Assembly: GCA_037442745.1 (NCBI GenBank)
Contig: JBBIPP010000002.1
Coordinates: forward strand, 32,001 to 96,000
Reading direction: 5' to 3'
Origin: an archaeon
GTDB lineage: Archaea; SpSt-1190; DYHY01
Length of the DNA: 64,000 nt
Shown: one piece after another, positions 18,541 through 29,295 of the stretch
How positions within the stretch are numbered: position 1 is the first letter of the stretch
Layout of the letters: each line of letters begins with the position of its first letter
Notes under the pieces: model-generated
Database searches by the model: none
What the model was told of the DNA's origin: nothing
The model's input: the letters and a program-made list of their open reading frames with translations, nothing else
Program-made: the position numbers and the translations under genes

Positions 18541-21500
18541 ATGGCAAAACTTGGCAAGAAATTGGCAACAATCCTCGCGTTGGCGCTCCTTATTGCAATC
18601 ATTTCCACCGGCTTTTCAGCCCCCTCTTTCACTGCAGAAATATCTCCCGAAATTGTCAGCACGAACCAGAACGTGACCTTTTCAGTAACTATTCAGAACA
18701 CAGGCTCAGAAACAATAACTGACGTAGTCATGCCTTTCAGCAGCTTCACGAGCGGAGTAATAACATATGCCAGTTGCCCATATTCAAATTTCCACGAGAC
18801 AATAATAAGCGGGGAAGGACTAAACGCCCTAATTTGCTCGGCGAGCGGAGGAACGGGGATAACTGCGGGAGGGTCTGCCCTACTTGTTGTTAACATCTCC
18901 TCAGCTCCGGGGAGCGTCCCCCAGACAAACCCTGTTGAAATACCAGTATCAGCATACAACTCAACCGGAGGCATTACAAGCGGCCAAGTCTATGTGACTG
19001 TTGAGAACGAAATATCCATTTCCGCAGAGGTTTCAACACCCCTCCCTCAGAGGGCCGTTTCAGGGCAGACCGGCCTCTCCGCGACATTCAGGGTTGACAA
19101 CAACGGGGATGCTGTCGCGCTCTCGGTAAACCCGAACATCTCAATACTCGCGCCCTACCAGTCAATAACCCCCTCAATAACCGCCGGCGGAAACATTAAC
19201 GGAGGAAGCTTCCGTAACTACATATCGAACTTCAACATTCCCTCCGGAACCTCTCCCGGGACACTCACACTTAGATTCAACGCAACCGGAATTGACGAAA
19301 ACAGCCTTTTCACTGATTTCACCTCAGAGACCTCCTTCACAACAGTCTATAGCCCGCCAATTGTCAACGTCTACTCAATAACCACGAACGCCTCGTTTGT
19401 CTCCACCAATTCTGAGCATTCGGTCGCAAGGCTCTCTGTTGTTGTTGGAATACCGGGCTCGCCATCGACAATATCGAACGCAAACATAAGCCTTGCGACA
19501 ATTCGGATTGTCTCAGGAACCGGGGCGGACGACAGCTCCGGATACACCTCCCCCCTTCGGACAGATTCCGTAACCGAACTTGTTCCTGGAATGAACGCTA
19601 CACTGACATTCGATGTCCGGACAACAAACCCTTCAGAAGGCCAGAAATTCGCAAACTTCACAATAAACTACTACGACGGGATATCTGGACAGATCCTGAA
19701 CCAAAGCGTCCTCAACAACAGGACAATATTCGCCGTTGATAGGACCTCACCTCAGGTTTCAGTCCTCTCAATATCCTCAACAGCAAACATCCAGAACTTC
19801 TTCCGGCAAGGGGAGACAATATCAATCAATTCCTCCGTTGCCGACACCTTTTCCGGAATATCAAGCCCACTTTGCGATGTTTTCATAGGTGGAATTTATG
19901 CGGGGACCTTGCCTCTGGTTGCCAACAGGTGCGAAGGGAGCGTCAATGTGCCGGAACACCCTTCCCTCTATGGCTCTGAGAACGTCGAAGTCAGGGTGAA
20001 AGATTCCGTTGGGAACGAAGGGACTGGTACAAAGGCAATAAGCATCTACACGCTTGTTGTCAATGCGACAGACGCCCTGACTGGCGCGGACATAAAGGAG
20101 GGAACTGACTTTTCCAACGCAACTGCTGTTGCGTTCAATTCCAGCGGGGGGAATCACTTCTCCTGCACAACCCTATTCGGGACAAAGAGCCAGCTTTGCG
20201 GAGTTCCGCTTGGGACAATTGTGAATGTCTCTCTCTCCTCACCAGCATATGTCACAAACAACCGGACTCTTGACGCATCGAGGATATGTGTTGGAATAGG
20301 AGATCTCAGCTCTTGCTCGGAAAACCTCCCTTCGGGCGGGGCGAATACAATATCAATAGCACTTGTGCCGAACACGAGAATAATAATCCTAAACGAGTTC
20401 AACCAGTCAATTCTCATGGGGAACGTTACTGTCAAGGATTCCGCAACAACCCCTTGGTACAAGCCCTTCATTGACGGGGGAAGCTTCGATTCCGACGGAA
20501 CTGTGAACGGCTCAGTAATAGCCCCTATTGACACTGGAAAGCACACAAGCCCGTTTGACATTAGGGCGAACCTCGATTCCCCGTTCAATCCGGGGTATCT
20601 CCAGGCAACCAATTCCGGATATGTGCCCTCCCAAGCGAGCCAGACTACCCTGACTCTTCGGCAGAAATTCACAATACTTGTAAGGGTATTTGACGAATTC
20701 AACTCGCCAATCCTCACTTCGACCGGCTCTGTTTCCTTCACGAACGCGAACGGAACAACACAATGCGTCCAGAACCACGCCAACCTCTCGGAATATGGAT
20801 GCCCTGTAATGACTGTTTCTGAAAATCCCCACCTTTTATCAGGAGGAAACGTCACTGTGGCCAAGCCGGGATATGTTACGAAAAAACTGACCGGAATTGT
20901 TCCTCCGGCAGACACCCAAAGCTCCCAAATCGCGCTCTCGACGAACCTTGACTTTAACCTCGGAGTCCGAGTCCTTGACCAGTTCGGAAACCTTTCCCTG
21001 ACAACAACAGAGATAGAGCGCGTATATGTGCAGTCAGGCAACTGCACTTATTCGGGCGGCTCCTGGGGATGCGCGGCGGTTGCCGGAGATGAGGTCGGGA
21101 TAACAATACTTCCCCGGCCCTCCAGCGGATATCTTAGAAGAGTCAGCCAGACAGTCCCATTTGTCGACTATGTAAAATCAAATGTCAACATAACAATTCC
21201 CTACACTCTTCTGCTTTCGGCGAGAGACGAGCTTTCCCGGAGCATTAACGGGACGAACGTCTCCTCAGTTACTTTCCTCTTTGGAGCGGGCATTTCCTGC
21301 AGAATGAATTCGACCGCATCTCCTTCCTGGGGATGCCCTGTCCCGGCGGGAACTGCTTCCGCAGGAATTTGGGTGAACGTCTCCCAAGCCTCAGGCAGGA
21401 TGAACCAGCTCCTCTCAGCACAGTCAATCCCGTCCGATGTATTTGGAAACCAAACAACCGTGTATTCCTCGAACAATTTCACTCTCCGCGTCCTTCCCCT

Positions 21501-24500
21501 GACCGAATTCGGAAACCAGCTTCCCCTCTCCGGCCTTGCAGTCGCATGGAACTCTGAAGCATGCATCCAGTCAGGAGCATACTGGTATTGCCCTGCTCCA
21601 GCGGAATCCCTCGCAAACATTTATTCTAGGGCGGACGGGTTCATTGACTTTTTGAACTCCTCAGTCACCGCTCCGGCAGTCTCGGGAACAAGGACTGAAC
21701 TGAACACATCGAACAAATACTCGATCCTTATAGGGACTTTTGACGAATTCTCAACTCCACGGAACTTCTCTTCCGGTTCCGTCTCTTTTGCCGGAGTAGC
21801 CTGCCAGGTGAATCCGTTGAGCCCCTATTACTGGGGCTGCCCGATACTCGGGGGAACTTCCGGGCAGGGAAGGATAGCGAAGGAAGGATTCGTCAACCAC
21901 ACAACCGGGACAATTGTCGCTCAGTTCGGGAACGGGACCCAAGGGATACTTTCTTCTGCAAACCAATTCACACTCAAGGCGACAATATACGACGAGCTTG
22001 GGTCCAACTTCTCATCAGGAGTTGTCCTTGCATCGAATTCAACGTGCGAGCAGTTCATCTCAGCCCCGAACAACACCTACTTCTGCCAGGCACGCCCCCC
22101 AGACTCGGCCCTGACAATAGCAAAGGCAGGGTTCGAGACATCAAGCTACTATGTATCAGGTCTAAGCGACGCCTCCCAAACGGCGGTCACAATAAACGGG
22201 ACAGGCTCGCCCAAGTATTCTGCGGTAATAACTGTCAGAAGGAATCCTTCCAGCGGGGATGAGAGCGCGCTTGCCGGCGCAATATTCCTCAACAGCACAA
22301 CCCGCGCCCAGATAATTCCCTCCTGGTCGAGCGGGAACAGGTATTACTTTTCCCTAGAAGCAGGGAATAATTCCCTCCTAATAAACAAGAGCGGATATGT
22401 TGAAAAGCTCTATTCCTTCTTAACAACTCCGGCAGCCCAGCATTCAGGAGAGGCAATAATAGACTATTCCCTCCGGGTCGAGATAATATCAGAGAACGGA
22501 ACTGGTGTCAGGGGGGCGACCCTTTCATCCAGCTCAGGAACGCCCTTCATTGAGGCGAACTCAGCTCCAAGCTACTATTCGGCAATTGATTCCGGGACAT
22601 ACTCCGTCCAGATGAGAAAGGCGGGGTTTGTGACAACAAGCCCGCAGGCTTTTTCAATAAACACGACATATCCATCAAACCAGACATTAGTCCGGCTGAC
22701 GCCCCTCTATACCCTCAAAATAATCTCCCTTGACTGGGGAGGGGCTCCCTTGAACGGGACAACCGCGAAAGCTACTGGGCAAGCCGAATTCACCGGAACC
22801 TCGAACGTAATTTATTTCGAGGCAAATCCCTTGACAACTCCCACGGCAGACGTCAATGTCTCGAAGAGCGGATATAACACAGTGTCCGCCAATGGAATAC
22901 CAATTTCCAACTCAAGCCAAAACGTAACATTTACTTACCATGCCCAGCAAATCTCTGCCAGGGCGGCCGGCTGGGACAACTCCCCAATTGACGGAGCAGT
23001 CCTCCGGCTCCACTACAACGGCACGGAAATAGCATCTTGCACTACCGGCTCCTACGGAAACTGCACATTCCTTTCAACAAACGGGGCATCGAACGATTCC
23101 TATTTCAACTCCTCAGAAATAGGGCTTGCCTCGAACATAACCGTTTCCGCAGAAAAATCCGGGGGCTATTACCGGGCGACATCCCTTGGAGAAGCATACT
23201 ATTACCAGAACTCAACCTCTCCCCTGTCAATTGGAACTGTTCGGATAGGAATACCTCCGAGAATAAGGGCTGTCCAGGCCTGGAACGCGTCCCTTCCGGT
23301 AGTTGGCGCGACAGTCGTGTTGTCAAACTCCACAGGAGCAATTGCGTCCAACTCGACTGATTCTGAGGGATATGCTGTCTTCATCCCGGACTTTTTGTCC
23401 GCGCCCTCGCAGTCCGACTATTTGATTTCAGGAACAGAAGCAGTTCAAGGGACTTTGTATTTCGACATATCAATGCTCGGATATTCCCCGGCCTCCGGGA
23501 ACTTTTACTTCAACGCAAGCGAGCAGGTGAATATGACAGTCCCCATGAACGATAGCCAGGCTCCCCTCGTGTCTCTAGGGTTCTCCGGAAGGAACGGGAG
23601 CGCACATGTTAAATTCGAAAACTTCAACCTCTCAATATATCTGGACGAAGTCTATTCAGGGGATTCCTCAGGAATTGACTATTCCCTTTCCCACTATAAC
23701 ATTACGTGGGAGAACGGGACACTTGTCAGGGGGCCCGTCAACCTGTCAGTCTGCCCCTCTCAAGCCCCGATTGGGGGATTGTGCAACCTGACCGGAGTCA
23801 ACGGATGGGATCTTCCTGTCGGTAACCTGACAGTGAACCTTTTCGCGAAAGACATTCAGGGCAACTCGAACTCGACAAATATCCCGTTCGTCTCAGAGCC
23901 GGGAATAAACGAGACATTCATCTTAATGGAGAGGGCTTCGGCTTCGAACTATGGAGGCGATTTTTTCCTCGTCACATGGGGCCTTGTAGTGAAGGGAACC
24001 CAAGGAAAGCTTCAGATATCGAACCTCGAACCAATAAACTGCACTTCCTGCCCGCCTTTCCCAATTTCCGGGTGGGCGAGCCTTCTCTATAACGATGTTG
24101 CGGGATGCGAAGGGGCCAAAAAACAGGCACAGGTGCGTAACACCTGGCCACTTGGCCAGACGCCCGCAGCCTTCTGCGACTATTCCCCAGGGACTCGGTA
24201 TGCGAGGGAACAGAACGTTACCCTGAAAATTCTGCTCCCTACAGGCCTCTCGAACGCCAAATACAACGCAACATATCTCTGGAAAGGGATGTACGAAGAT
24301 CTCCCGCCAACTAACCTGACAATTGTCGGGGTCAATGCATCAACCCTCTCGCCTGAAGCTGGGGAGAACTTTACAGTCACTGCAATTGTCTACGCAACGC
24401 CCGGAGCCTCGAGCGCCGACGAAGTTGTTGTCGGGCTCAATTCGTCCGAGGGATCCCCGATTTATTCGGCGGGAATAGGCGCCCTCTCGTTGAGCAACCT

Positions 24501-26469
24501 GATATTCGAGAAGAACGCGACAATCCCGCAGATTTACAGCGGGCAGTACGGCCATGCGAATTTCATTGTTACCGCAAACTCCCTAGGTTCGGACATATTC
24601 GTCGCGGAAATACTCTCCGCAATTGATTCCAACACCGGCTACCCCTTGACTCTCTATCAGGGAGCTGTCCATTTCGCGAACAACTCTAGCATTACAATTG
24701 TTGACACCCGGCCTCCCATTGCGCATCTCGGAGCATCTCCTGCGAACAACGCGAACCTGTCCTCCGGAACTGTCCAGTTCCTGACTACCGGAACAGACAG
24801 CTTCGAACTAGACTATCTTGCAATATACGGAAACTGGTCTGGCGCATGGGGCGCTCGCCTTCTCAACTCAACCCCCTTCAACAACACCCAATGGACTGCG
24901 ACCGGGGCCCTTCCCGACGGGCACTTTGCCTGGGCAGTCTATGCTAACGACACGTCAGGCAACTCTAACATTACCCAAAACCGCACACTCACTGTTGACA
25001 CAACCGCTCCCGTATCGGCAATAACCGCTCCCGCAAACAACACATATTCAATTGACACCACTCCAGATCTCTCAGGAACCGCAGCTGACGCTACATCAGG
25101 CGTGAGAAGGGTCTGGGTAAGGGCGAACGCGGGAGCATGGGCGATTGCCTCCGGAACAACTTCATGGTCCTACACTTCAGGAGCGCTATCCGACGGGACG
25201 TATGTTTTCCAGTCAAAGGCTGAAGACTGGGCTGGAAACAACCAATCCTCCTATGGAGAAATTTATTTCACAGTTGACACAACTTCCCCGGAATCGTTCT
25301 CCTATGTTTCCCCGACTCCGGCAAACGAAGCCAACCTATCAAGGACCTATTTCGAAATAAACTCCACCTTCACCGAAATCAACCCGGCCTCCTGCTCGGC
25401 TGAAATTAACGGAGCGAACTATTCGGCAAGCCTATCCCCCGGCTCCCCCGCATACTGCTTCTACAACGCGACAGGCCTCCCGGCAGGGACTTACCTGTAC
25501 AGGGTATGGGCTGAAGACCTTGCCTCAAACTGGGGCGTTTCCGCCAGTCTTGTAGCCAACCTTGACTCAGTCCTGCCCTCCGCTATTCTCGGAACAAGCC
25601 CAGCAAACGCCCTTGCAACAAGCCAGACAGCAATAACATTCGACATAATTGGCACAGACAACTCCAACCTCCATTCAATCGCAATTTACGGGAACTTTAG
25701 CGGAACTTGGTCAATTGCCTCCCTAAACTCGACCCCGTTCAACGCAAGTTGGTGGAACGAGACAATTGTCCTCTCTGACGGGACATATTCCTGGGGCGCA
25801 TTCGCGAACGACTCGGCCGGGAACTCTGCCTTCTCCGCCAACCGCACCCTGACAATAGACACCATTTCTCCAGCATCGTTCTCCTATGTTTCCCCGACTC
25901 CGGCAAACGAAGCCAACCTATCAAGGACCTATTTCGAAATAAACTCCACCTTCACCGAAATCAACCCGGCCTCCTGCTCGGCTGAAATTAACGGAGCGAA
26001 CTATTCGGCAAGCCTATCCCCCGGCTCCCCCGCATACTGCTTCTACAACAACACCGGGCCCCTTATTGGGATCTACACGTACAGGATATATGCTACTGAC
26101 AGCGCGGGGAACGTTGGCGCGTCCTCCTCGAGGAACGTCAACCTTGACACAATTGCCCCAGAGTTCTCCAGCCAAGGAAGCAACGTAACTGAAATCAACG
26201 GCTCGGCAGGGGAGGTCGCCAACCTCTTCGCCCTTTGGTATGACGCAGATCTCGGGCTCTCGAACGCGACAATTTCAACTAACGAGACTGGTTCATTCGT
26301 CAATTCGACCACGGTTCCCCTAACTGGAAGCCTTGAATGGAGCGACTTTGAATGGACCAATTCCACTCCGCTTCCGAACGGAACCGCAGTCGCCTGGAGA
26401 ATATGGGGCTCAGACATTGCGGGGAACTGGAACGTCACCGACGACATGATAATAACCGTACTAACTTAA
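18541..26469 (+). CDS. Giant secreted surface glycoprotein B (2642 aa), collinear paralog of A with extra C-terminal Ig-like repeats
   Basis: Signal peptide; shares PSLYG, SPAYV, DWGGAPLNGTT, YYYQNxTSPL and AFCD motifs with A in the same order. Tail has D-T-x-x-P...AND.SGN Ig repeats and no TM anchor. Confidence 0.88.
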   Translation: MAKLGKKLATILALALLIAIISTGFSAPSFTAEISPEIVSTNQNVTFSVTIQNTGSETITDVVMPFSSFTSGVITYASCPYSNFHETIISGEGLNALICSASGGTGITAGGSALLVVNISSAPGSVPQTNPVEIPVSAYNSTGGITSGQVYVTVENEISISAEVSTPLPQRAVSGQTGLSATFRVDNNGDAVALSVNPNISILAPYQSITPSITAGGNINGGSFRNYISNFNIPSGTSPGTLTLRFNATGIDENSLFTDFTSETSFTTVYSPPIVNVYSITTNASFVSTNSEHSVARLSVVVGIPGSPSTISNANISLATIRIVSGTGADDSSGYTSPLRTDSVTELVPGMNATLTFDVRTTNPSEGQKFANFTINYYDGISGQILNQSVLNNRTIFAVDRTSPQVSVLSISSTANIQNFFRQGETISINSSVADTFSGISSPLCDVFIGGIYAGTLPLVANRCEGSVNVPEHPSLYGSENVEVRVKDSVGNEGTGTKAISIYTLVVNATDALTGADIKEGTDFSNATAVAFNSSGGNHFSCTTLFGTKSQLCGVPLGTIVNVSLSSPAYVTNNRTLDASRICVGIGDLSSCSENLPSGGANTISIALVPNTRIIILNEFNQSILMGNVTVKDSATTPWYKPFIDGGSFDSDGTVNGSVIAPIDTGKHTSPFDIRANLDSPFNPGYLQATNSGYVPSQASQTTLTLRQKFTILVRVFDEFNSPILTSTGSVSFTNANGTTQCVQNHANLSEYGCPVMTVSENPHLLSGGNVTVAKPGYVTKKLTGIVPPADTQSSQIALSTNLDFNLGVRVLDQFGNLSLTTTEIERVYVQSGNCTYSGGSWGCAAVAGDEVGITILPRPSSGYLRRVSQTVPFVDYVKSNVNITIPYTLLLSARDELSRSINGTNVSSVTFLFGAGISCRMNSTASPSWGCPVPAGTASAGIWVNVSQASGRMNQLLSAQSIPSDVFGNQTTVYSSNNFTLRVLPLTEFGNQLPLSGLAVAWNSEACIQSGAYWYCPAPAESLANIYSRADGFIDFLNSSVTAPAVSGTRTELNTSNKYSILIGTFDEFSTPRNFSSGSVSFAGVACQVNPLSPYYWGCPILGGTSGQGRIAKEGFVNHTTGTIVAQFGNGTQGILSSANQFTLKATIYDELGSNFSSGVVLASNSTCEQFISAPNNTYFCQARPPDSALTIAKAGFETSSYYVSGLSDASQTAVTINGTGSPKYSAVITVRRNPSSGDESALAGAIFLNSTTRAQIIPSWSSGNRYYFSLEAGNNSLLINKSGYVEKLYSFLTTPAAQHSGEAIIDYSLRVEIISENGTGVRGATLSSSSGTPFIEANSAPSYYSAIDSGTYSVQMRKAGFVTTSPQAFSINTTYPSNQTLVRLTPLYTLKIISLDWGGAPLNGTTAKATGQAEFTGTSNVIYFEANPLTTPTADVNVSKSGYNTVSANGIPISNSSQNVTFTYHAQQISARAAGWDNSPIDGAVLRLHYNGTEIASCTTGSYGNCTFLSTNGASNDSYFNSSEIGLASNITVSAEKSGGYYRATSLGEAYYYQNSTSPLSIGTVRIGIPPRIRAVQAWNASLPVVGATVVLSNSTGAIASNSTDSEGYAVFIPDFLSAPSQSDYLISGTEAVQGTLYFDISMLGYSPASGNFYFNASEQVNMTVPMNDSQAPLVSLGFSGRNGSAHVKFENFNLSIYLDEVYSGDSSGIDYSLSHYNITWENGTLVRGPVNLSVCPSQAPIGGLCNLTGVNGWDLPVGNLTVNLFAKDIQGNSNSTNIPFVSEPGINETFILMERASASNYGGDFFLVTWGLVVKGTQGKLQISNLEPINCTSCPPFPISGWASLLYNDVAGCEGAKKQAQVRNTWPLGQTPAAFCDYSPGTRYAREQNVTLKILLPTGLSNAKYNATYLWKGMYEDLPPTNLTIVGVNASTLSPEAGENFTVTAIVYATPGASSADEVVVGLNSSEGSPIYSAGIGALSLSNLIFEKNATIPQIYSGQYGHANFIVTANSLGSDIFVAEILSAIDSNTGYPLTLYQGAVHFANNSSITIVDTRPPIAHLGASPANNANLSSGTVQFLTTGTDSFELDYLAIYGNWSGAWGARLLNSTPFNNTQWTATGALPDGHFAWAVYANDTSGNSNITQNRTLTVDTTAPVSAITAPANNTYSIDTTPDLSGTAADATSGVRRVWVRANAGAWAIASGTTSWSYTSGALSDGTYVFQSKAEDWAGNNQSSYGEIYFTVDTTSPESFSYVSPTPANEANLSRTYFEINSTFTEINPASCSAEINGANYSASLSPGSPAYCFYNATGLPAGTYLYRVWAEDLASNWGVSASLVANLDSVLPSAILGTSPANALATSQTAITFDIIGTDNSNLHSIAIYGNFSGTWSIASLNSTPFNASWWNETIVLSDGTYSWGAFANDSAGNSAFSANRTLTIDTISPASFSYVSPTPANEANLSRTYFEINSTFTEINPASCSAEINGANYSASLSPGSPAYCFYNNTGPLIGIYTYRIYATDSAGNVGASSSRNVNLDTIAPEFSSQGSNVTEINGSAGEVANLFALWYDADLGLSNATISTNETGSFVNSTTVPLTGSLEWSDFEWTNSTPLPNGTAVAWRIWGSDIAGNWNVTDDMIITVLT
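25293..26049 (+). repeat. Two identical 175-bp segments (25293-25467 and 25875-26049)
   Basis: Both read ATCGTTCTCCTATG...TTCTACAAC at an offset of 582 bp; the flanks differ. Confidence 0.92.
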
Positions 26470-26491
26470 AAAAAGGAGAGAAAACTGAAAA

Positions 26492-28204
26492 ATGAGAAAA
26501 ATGGCAAGGGAACAAAAAGACAGCTTGTTGTCTCTCCTTTTCCTCGCCACAATATTCATTTTCTCAATATTTTCCCCCGGCAGCTCAGACAACCCTTTCC
26601 CCGGATATTTCGAGATAAACCCATCTTGCATCCAGTCCTTGACCTGCGGACAGGGCCAAAACATTACAGTCAACGGAACGGGGATATCTAACCTCCTTGC
26701 TTCCCCAGCTAACGGGGCTGCGGACGGCCTCGTTACAGGAGTTGCTGTCAACGTTACCTGGAACACCACAACCGACGGAACTGTTCCCTATCCTCTCAAC
26801 TCCTCAGTCTGGAAGAAGAACGCCACAGGAACATTCCTTCTCGGAGAGAACTCGACAGTCTCAGGATTCCATTTCGTGCAAATAGGTCCCTTTGCCTATT
26901 CCTCAACAACCTGCCCGTCCCTCGGATGCGAAATATCCCTGATTGTCTCGAACTGCAACACAACAACCTCGGTCTGCGTCAACTCCTCAAACGAGAACCC
27001 GACATTCTCGATTGTCGTTGCTTCCGCAGTTACTAACCTGACCTCCAGCCCCGCTTCGCCAAGGACGGGAGACCCGATAACTCTCTCCTGGAACACCATT
27101 TCCCCGATGAACTCGACAGTCTCATGGATGTACGGGTCAAGCCAGAACTCGACTTATTCAAACACACATTCAATTGTTCCCGGGGCTTTCAACTATTCCG
27201 AGGACCCGAACTTTACAATTATTTCCTGCGCCTCAGGAGGGCTCTGCGAGACATATGTTCGCCAGGTGGCAATCCTCAGAAGCTCGTCTTCAGTCTCCTT
27301 CTCATCAACCGCACCATCAACCAACATTACCGCAAGCTGGACAACTCACAACATTTCGAACAGCACGCTGTTCTTCTCCCTGAACGGGGGGGCTATCCAG
27401 AATTCAACCGACTCCCTCTTCTCAACCGCACACGCGGTTTCCCTCGGGAGCTATTCGGCAGGGGATTCAATTGTCTATTACCTTCGTTCCTGCCTTGACC
27501 CGAACAACTGCGAGACTACCCAGAACGCAAGCATCACAATAGCAGTCCCGACAACCACAATCTCCACCGGAGGGAGCCCAAGCAATGGAGGAAGCACGGG
27601 AGGATTAAGCAGGGGAGTTGGCACAACAACTTCAATACCAATACCAGCCGGTTCAGAATACAACTACAAGAGCCTCCCGGCAGGACTTCCCGCCAGTTTT
27701 CCAGTGAACGGCTCAACTCAGGCAATAACTCTTGTCACATTCACATACAGGACATATGTTCCGAATGTGACGCTTGTTTTCACAAGAGTCGCGTCAATAG
27801 GGAGCCTTTCGCCCCCTCCAGGAACACTCTACCAGTACATTAACCTAACTCATTACAATGTTGAGGAGGAAAAAATCATTCCCCCGGCAACAATTGAGTT
27901 CAAGGTGTCAAAGCAATGGATGATTGATAACGGAGTAGACCGCGCAACAATTGCTCTATACAGGCATTCGGGAGGGGCATGGACTGCTCTCGAGACAGCG
28001 TATTCGGGCGAGGATTCCCTCTACTACTATTTCAGGTCAAGCTCTCCCGGGCTCTCCCTGTTCGCAATAACCGGCCTCCCCCGGACGGCATTCTGGGACC
28101 TGATATCCTTGATTGAGGCATATTATGCGGGCGACCCGTCAGTCGACTTCTGGAAAGTCCTAGATGCCCTGACAGCCTATTACGCATCCGGAGGAAGCAT
28201 CTGA
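26492..28204 (+). CDS. Secreted PGF-pre-PGF domain protein with FN3-like repeats and a dockerin-like tail
   Basis: YQYINLT...ATIEFKVSKQW...IALYR...W.ALET...SPGLSLFAITG is a PGF-pre-PGF domain. Ends FWDLISLIEAYY...FWKVLDALTAYY. Confidence 0.85.
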   Translation: MRKMAREQKDSLLSLLFLATIFIFSIFSPGSSDNPFPGYFEINPSCIQSLTCGQGQNITVNGTGISNLLASPANGAADGLVTGVAVNVTWNTTTDGTVPYPLNSSVWKKNATGTFLLGENSTVSGFHFVQIGPFAYSSTTCPSLGCEISLIVSNCNTTTSVCVNSSNENPTFSIVVASAVTNLTSSPASPRTGDPITLSWNTISPMNSTVSWMYGSSQNSTYSNTHSIVPGAFNYSEDPNFTIISCASGGLCETYVRQVAILRSSSSVSFSSTAPSTNITASWTTHNISNSTLFFSLNGGAIQNSTDSLFSTAHAVSLGSYSAGDSIVYYLRSCLDPNNCETTQNASITIAVPTTTISTGGSPSNGGSTGGLSRGVGTTTSIPIPAGSEYNYKSLPAGLPASFPVNGSTQAITLVTFTYRTYVPNVTLVFTRVASIGSLSPPPGTLYQYINLTHYNVEEEKIIPPATIEFKVSKQWMIDNGVDRATIALYRHSGGAWTALETAYSGEDSLYYYFRSSSPGLSLFAITGLPRTAFWDLISLIEAYYAGDPSVDFWKVLDALTAYYASGGSI

Positions 28205-28205
28205 A

Positions 28206-29264
28206 ATGATCGGAAGAAAGGAATTTTTCTCAATTGCGCTTGCCCTGCTAGTGATTCTCCCAATTGGCGCATATTCCGCAACAGTTTCCGGAACATTGAA
28301 TGGGCCTGACGGAATACTTCCGGGAGGGCGCGGACAATTCAGTCTAGAACTCGCTTCCGATGCCCCAGTATTGAGCTTCGACATTGCAGTCCTCGTCCCC
28401 TCTGGATGGACAATAACTTCCTGGGATGCTCCTGGATACAAAAAGTCGGGGATAATTCTCGAGAAAAGGAGCAGGTCCTACAAGGGGCTCTCCTATGAGG
28501 CATACCACTGGAAAGTGCCCGAAAAACTCGAGTCAAAGGCAACTTTCAATTTCGAACTCTCGCTTCCCGCGACAGCTTCCCTCGGAACTGTGAGGGAGAT
28601 TTCCTCAATATGGACTACTCCCGAAAACTTTGGGACAAGGAATCTGAACATTACTGTCGGAAGCCCTTCAAAGAAGTGCGGGGACGGTTCGTGCTCCGGG
28701 GACGAATCCTGCTCCTCTTGCCCGGTTGACTGCGGAATGTGCTGGCAAGTTTCCTGCGGGGATTCCGTTTGCTCCTCCGTAGAAAGCCATTCAACCTGCC
28801 CGAAAGATTGCACTGCCCAACCGACAACAACGGCAAAGCCCTCAGGATGGACAATTGTAATAACTCCCGAGACAGGTTCCTTCCTAGAAACTGTTGGATT
28901 AATTCTTGGGGCAGTTGTTCTCATAGGGCTCCTGATATTGTTGATTGCAATTGTTCTCAAGGGAAACAGGCAGGCCCCGAAGAGTTCTCCTTTGGATGAG
29001 GCTAGAAAGGAAATAAAGAGCCCATTGGCAAGGGAGCAGGAGGAGGCGCTCAAGACAGCGGTCCTAATTCCAGCTCAAGCCAATTCGGAAAAATCCTTAA
29101 AGGACCAATTGAAGGGCAACTTCGACATAAAGCCAGTTGAGAGAGGGCCAGCAAAGGCGAAGGTCGAGAGGCCCGTTGAGACAACCGAGAAGAAAATCTC
29201 CCTTTTGAAGAAAGCAATGCTGAGAATAGAGAACATAATGGACGATATCGGAAAGGGCTTGTAA
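28206..29264 (+). CDS. Membrane-anchored surface protein: cohesin-like domain, Cys-rich CGDG repeats, TM and cytoplasmic tail
   Basis: Signal peptide; ILPGGRGQFSLEL...VPSGWTITSW; CGDGSCSGDESCSSCPVDC x2; TM helix; charged tail. Confidence 0.75.
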   Translation: MIGRKEFFSIALALLVILPIGAYSATVSGTLNGPDGILPGGRGQFSLELASDAPVLSFDIAVLVPSGWTITSWDAPGYKKSGIILEKRSRSYKGLSYEAYHWKVPEKLESKATFNFELSLPATASLGTVREISSIWTTPENFGTRNLNITVGSPSKKCGDGSCSGDESCSSCPVDCGMCWQVSCGDSVCSSVESHSTCPKDCTAQPTTTAKPSGWTIVITPETGSFLETVGLILGAVVLIGLLILLIAIVLKGNRQAPKSSPLDEARKEIKSPLAREQEEALKTAVLIPAQANSEKSLKDQLKGNFDIKPVERGPAKAKVERPVETTEKKISLLKKAMLRIENIMDDIGKGL

Positions 29265-29295
29265 AGAGCCGATATTTTTTCTATTTAGCCTCTTC

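Noticed and set aside
18538-18543. TAG of giant A directly abutting the in-frame ATG of giant B (possible readthrough or pyrrolysine fusion)
   Set aside because: B has its own complete signal peptide and is a full paralog; tight packing explains it, and no pyl genes are seen.
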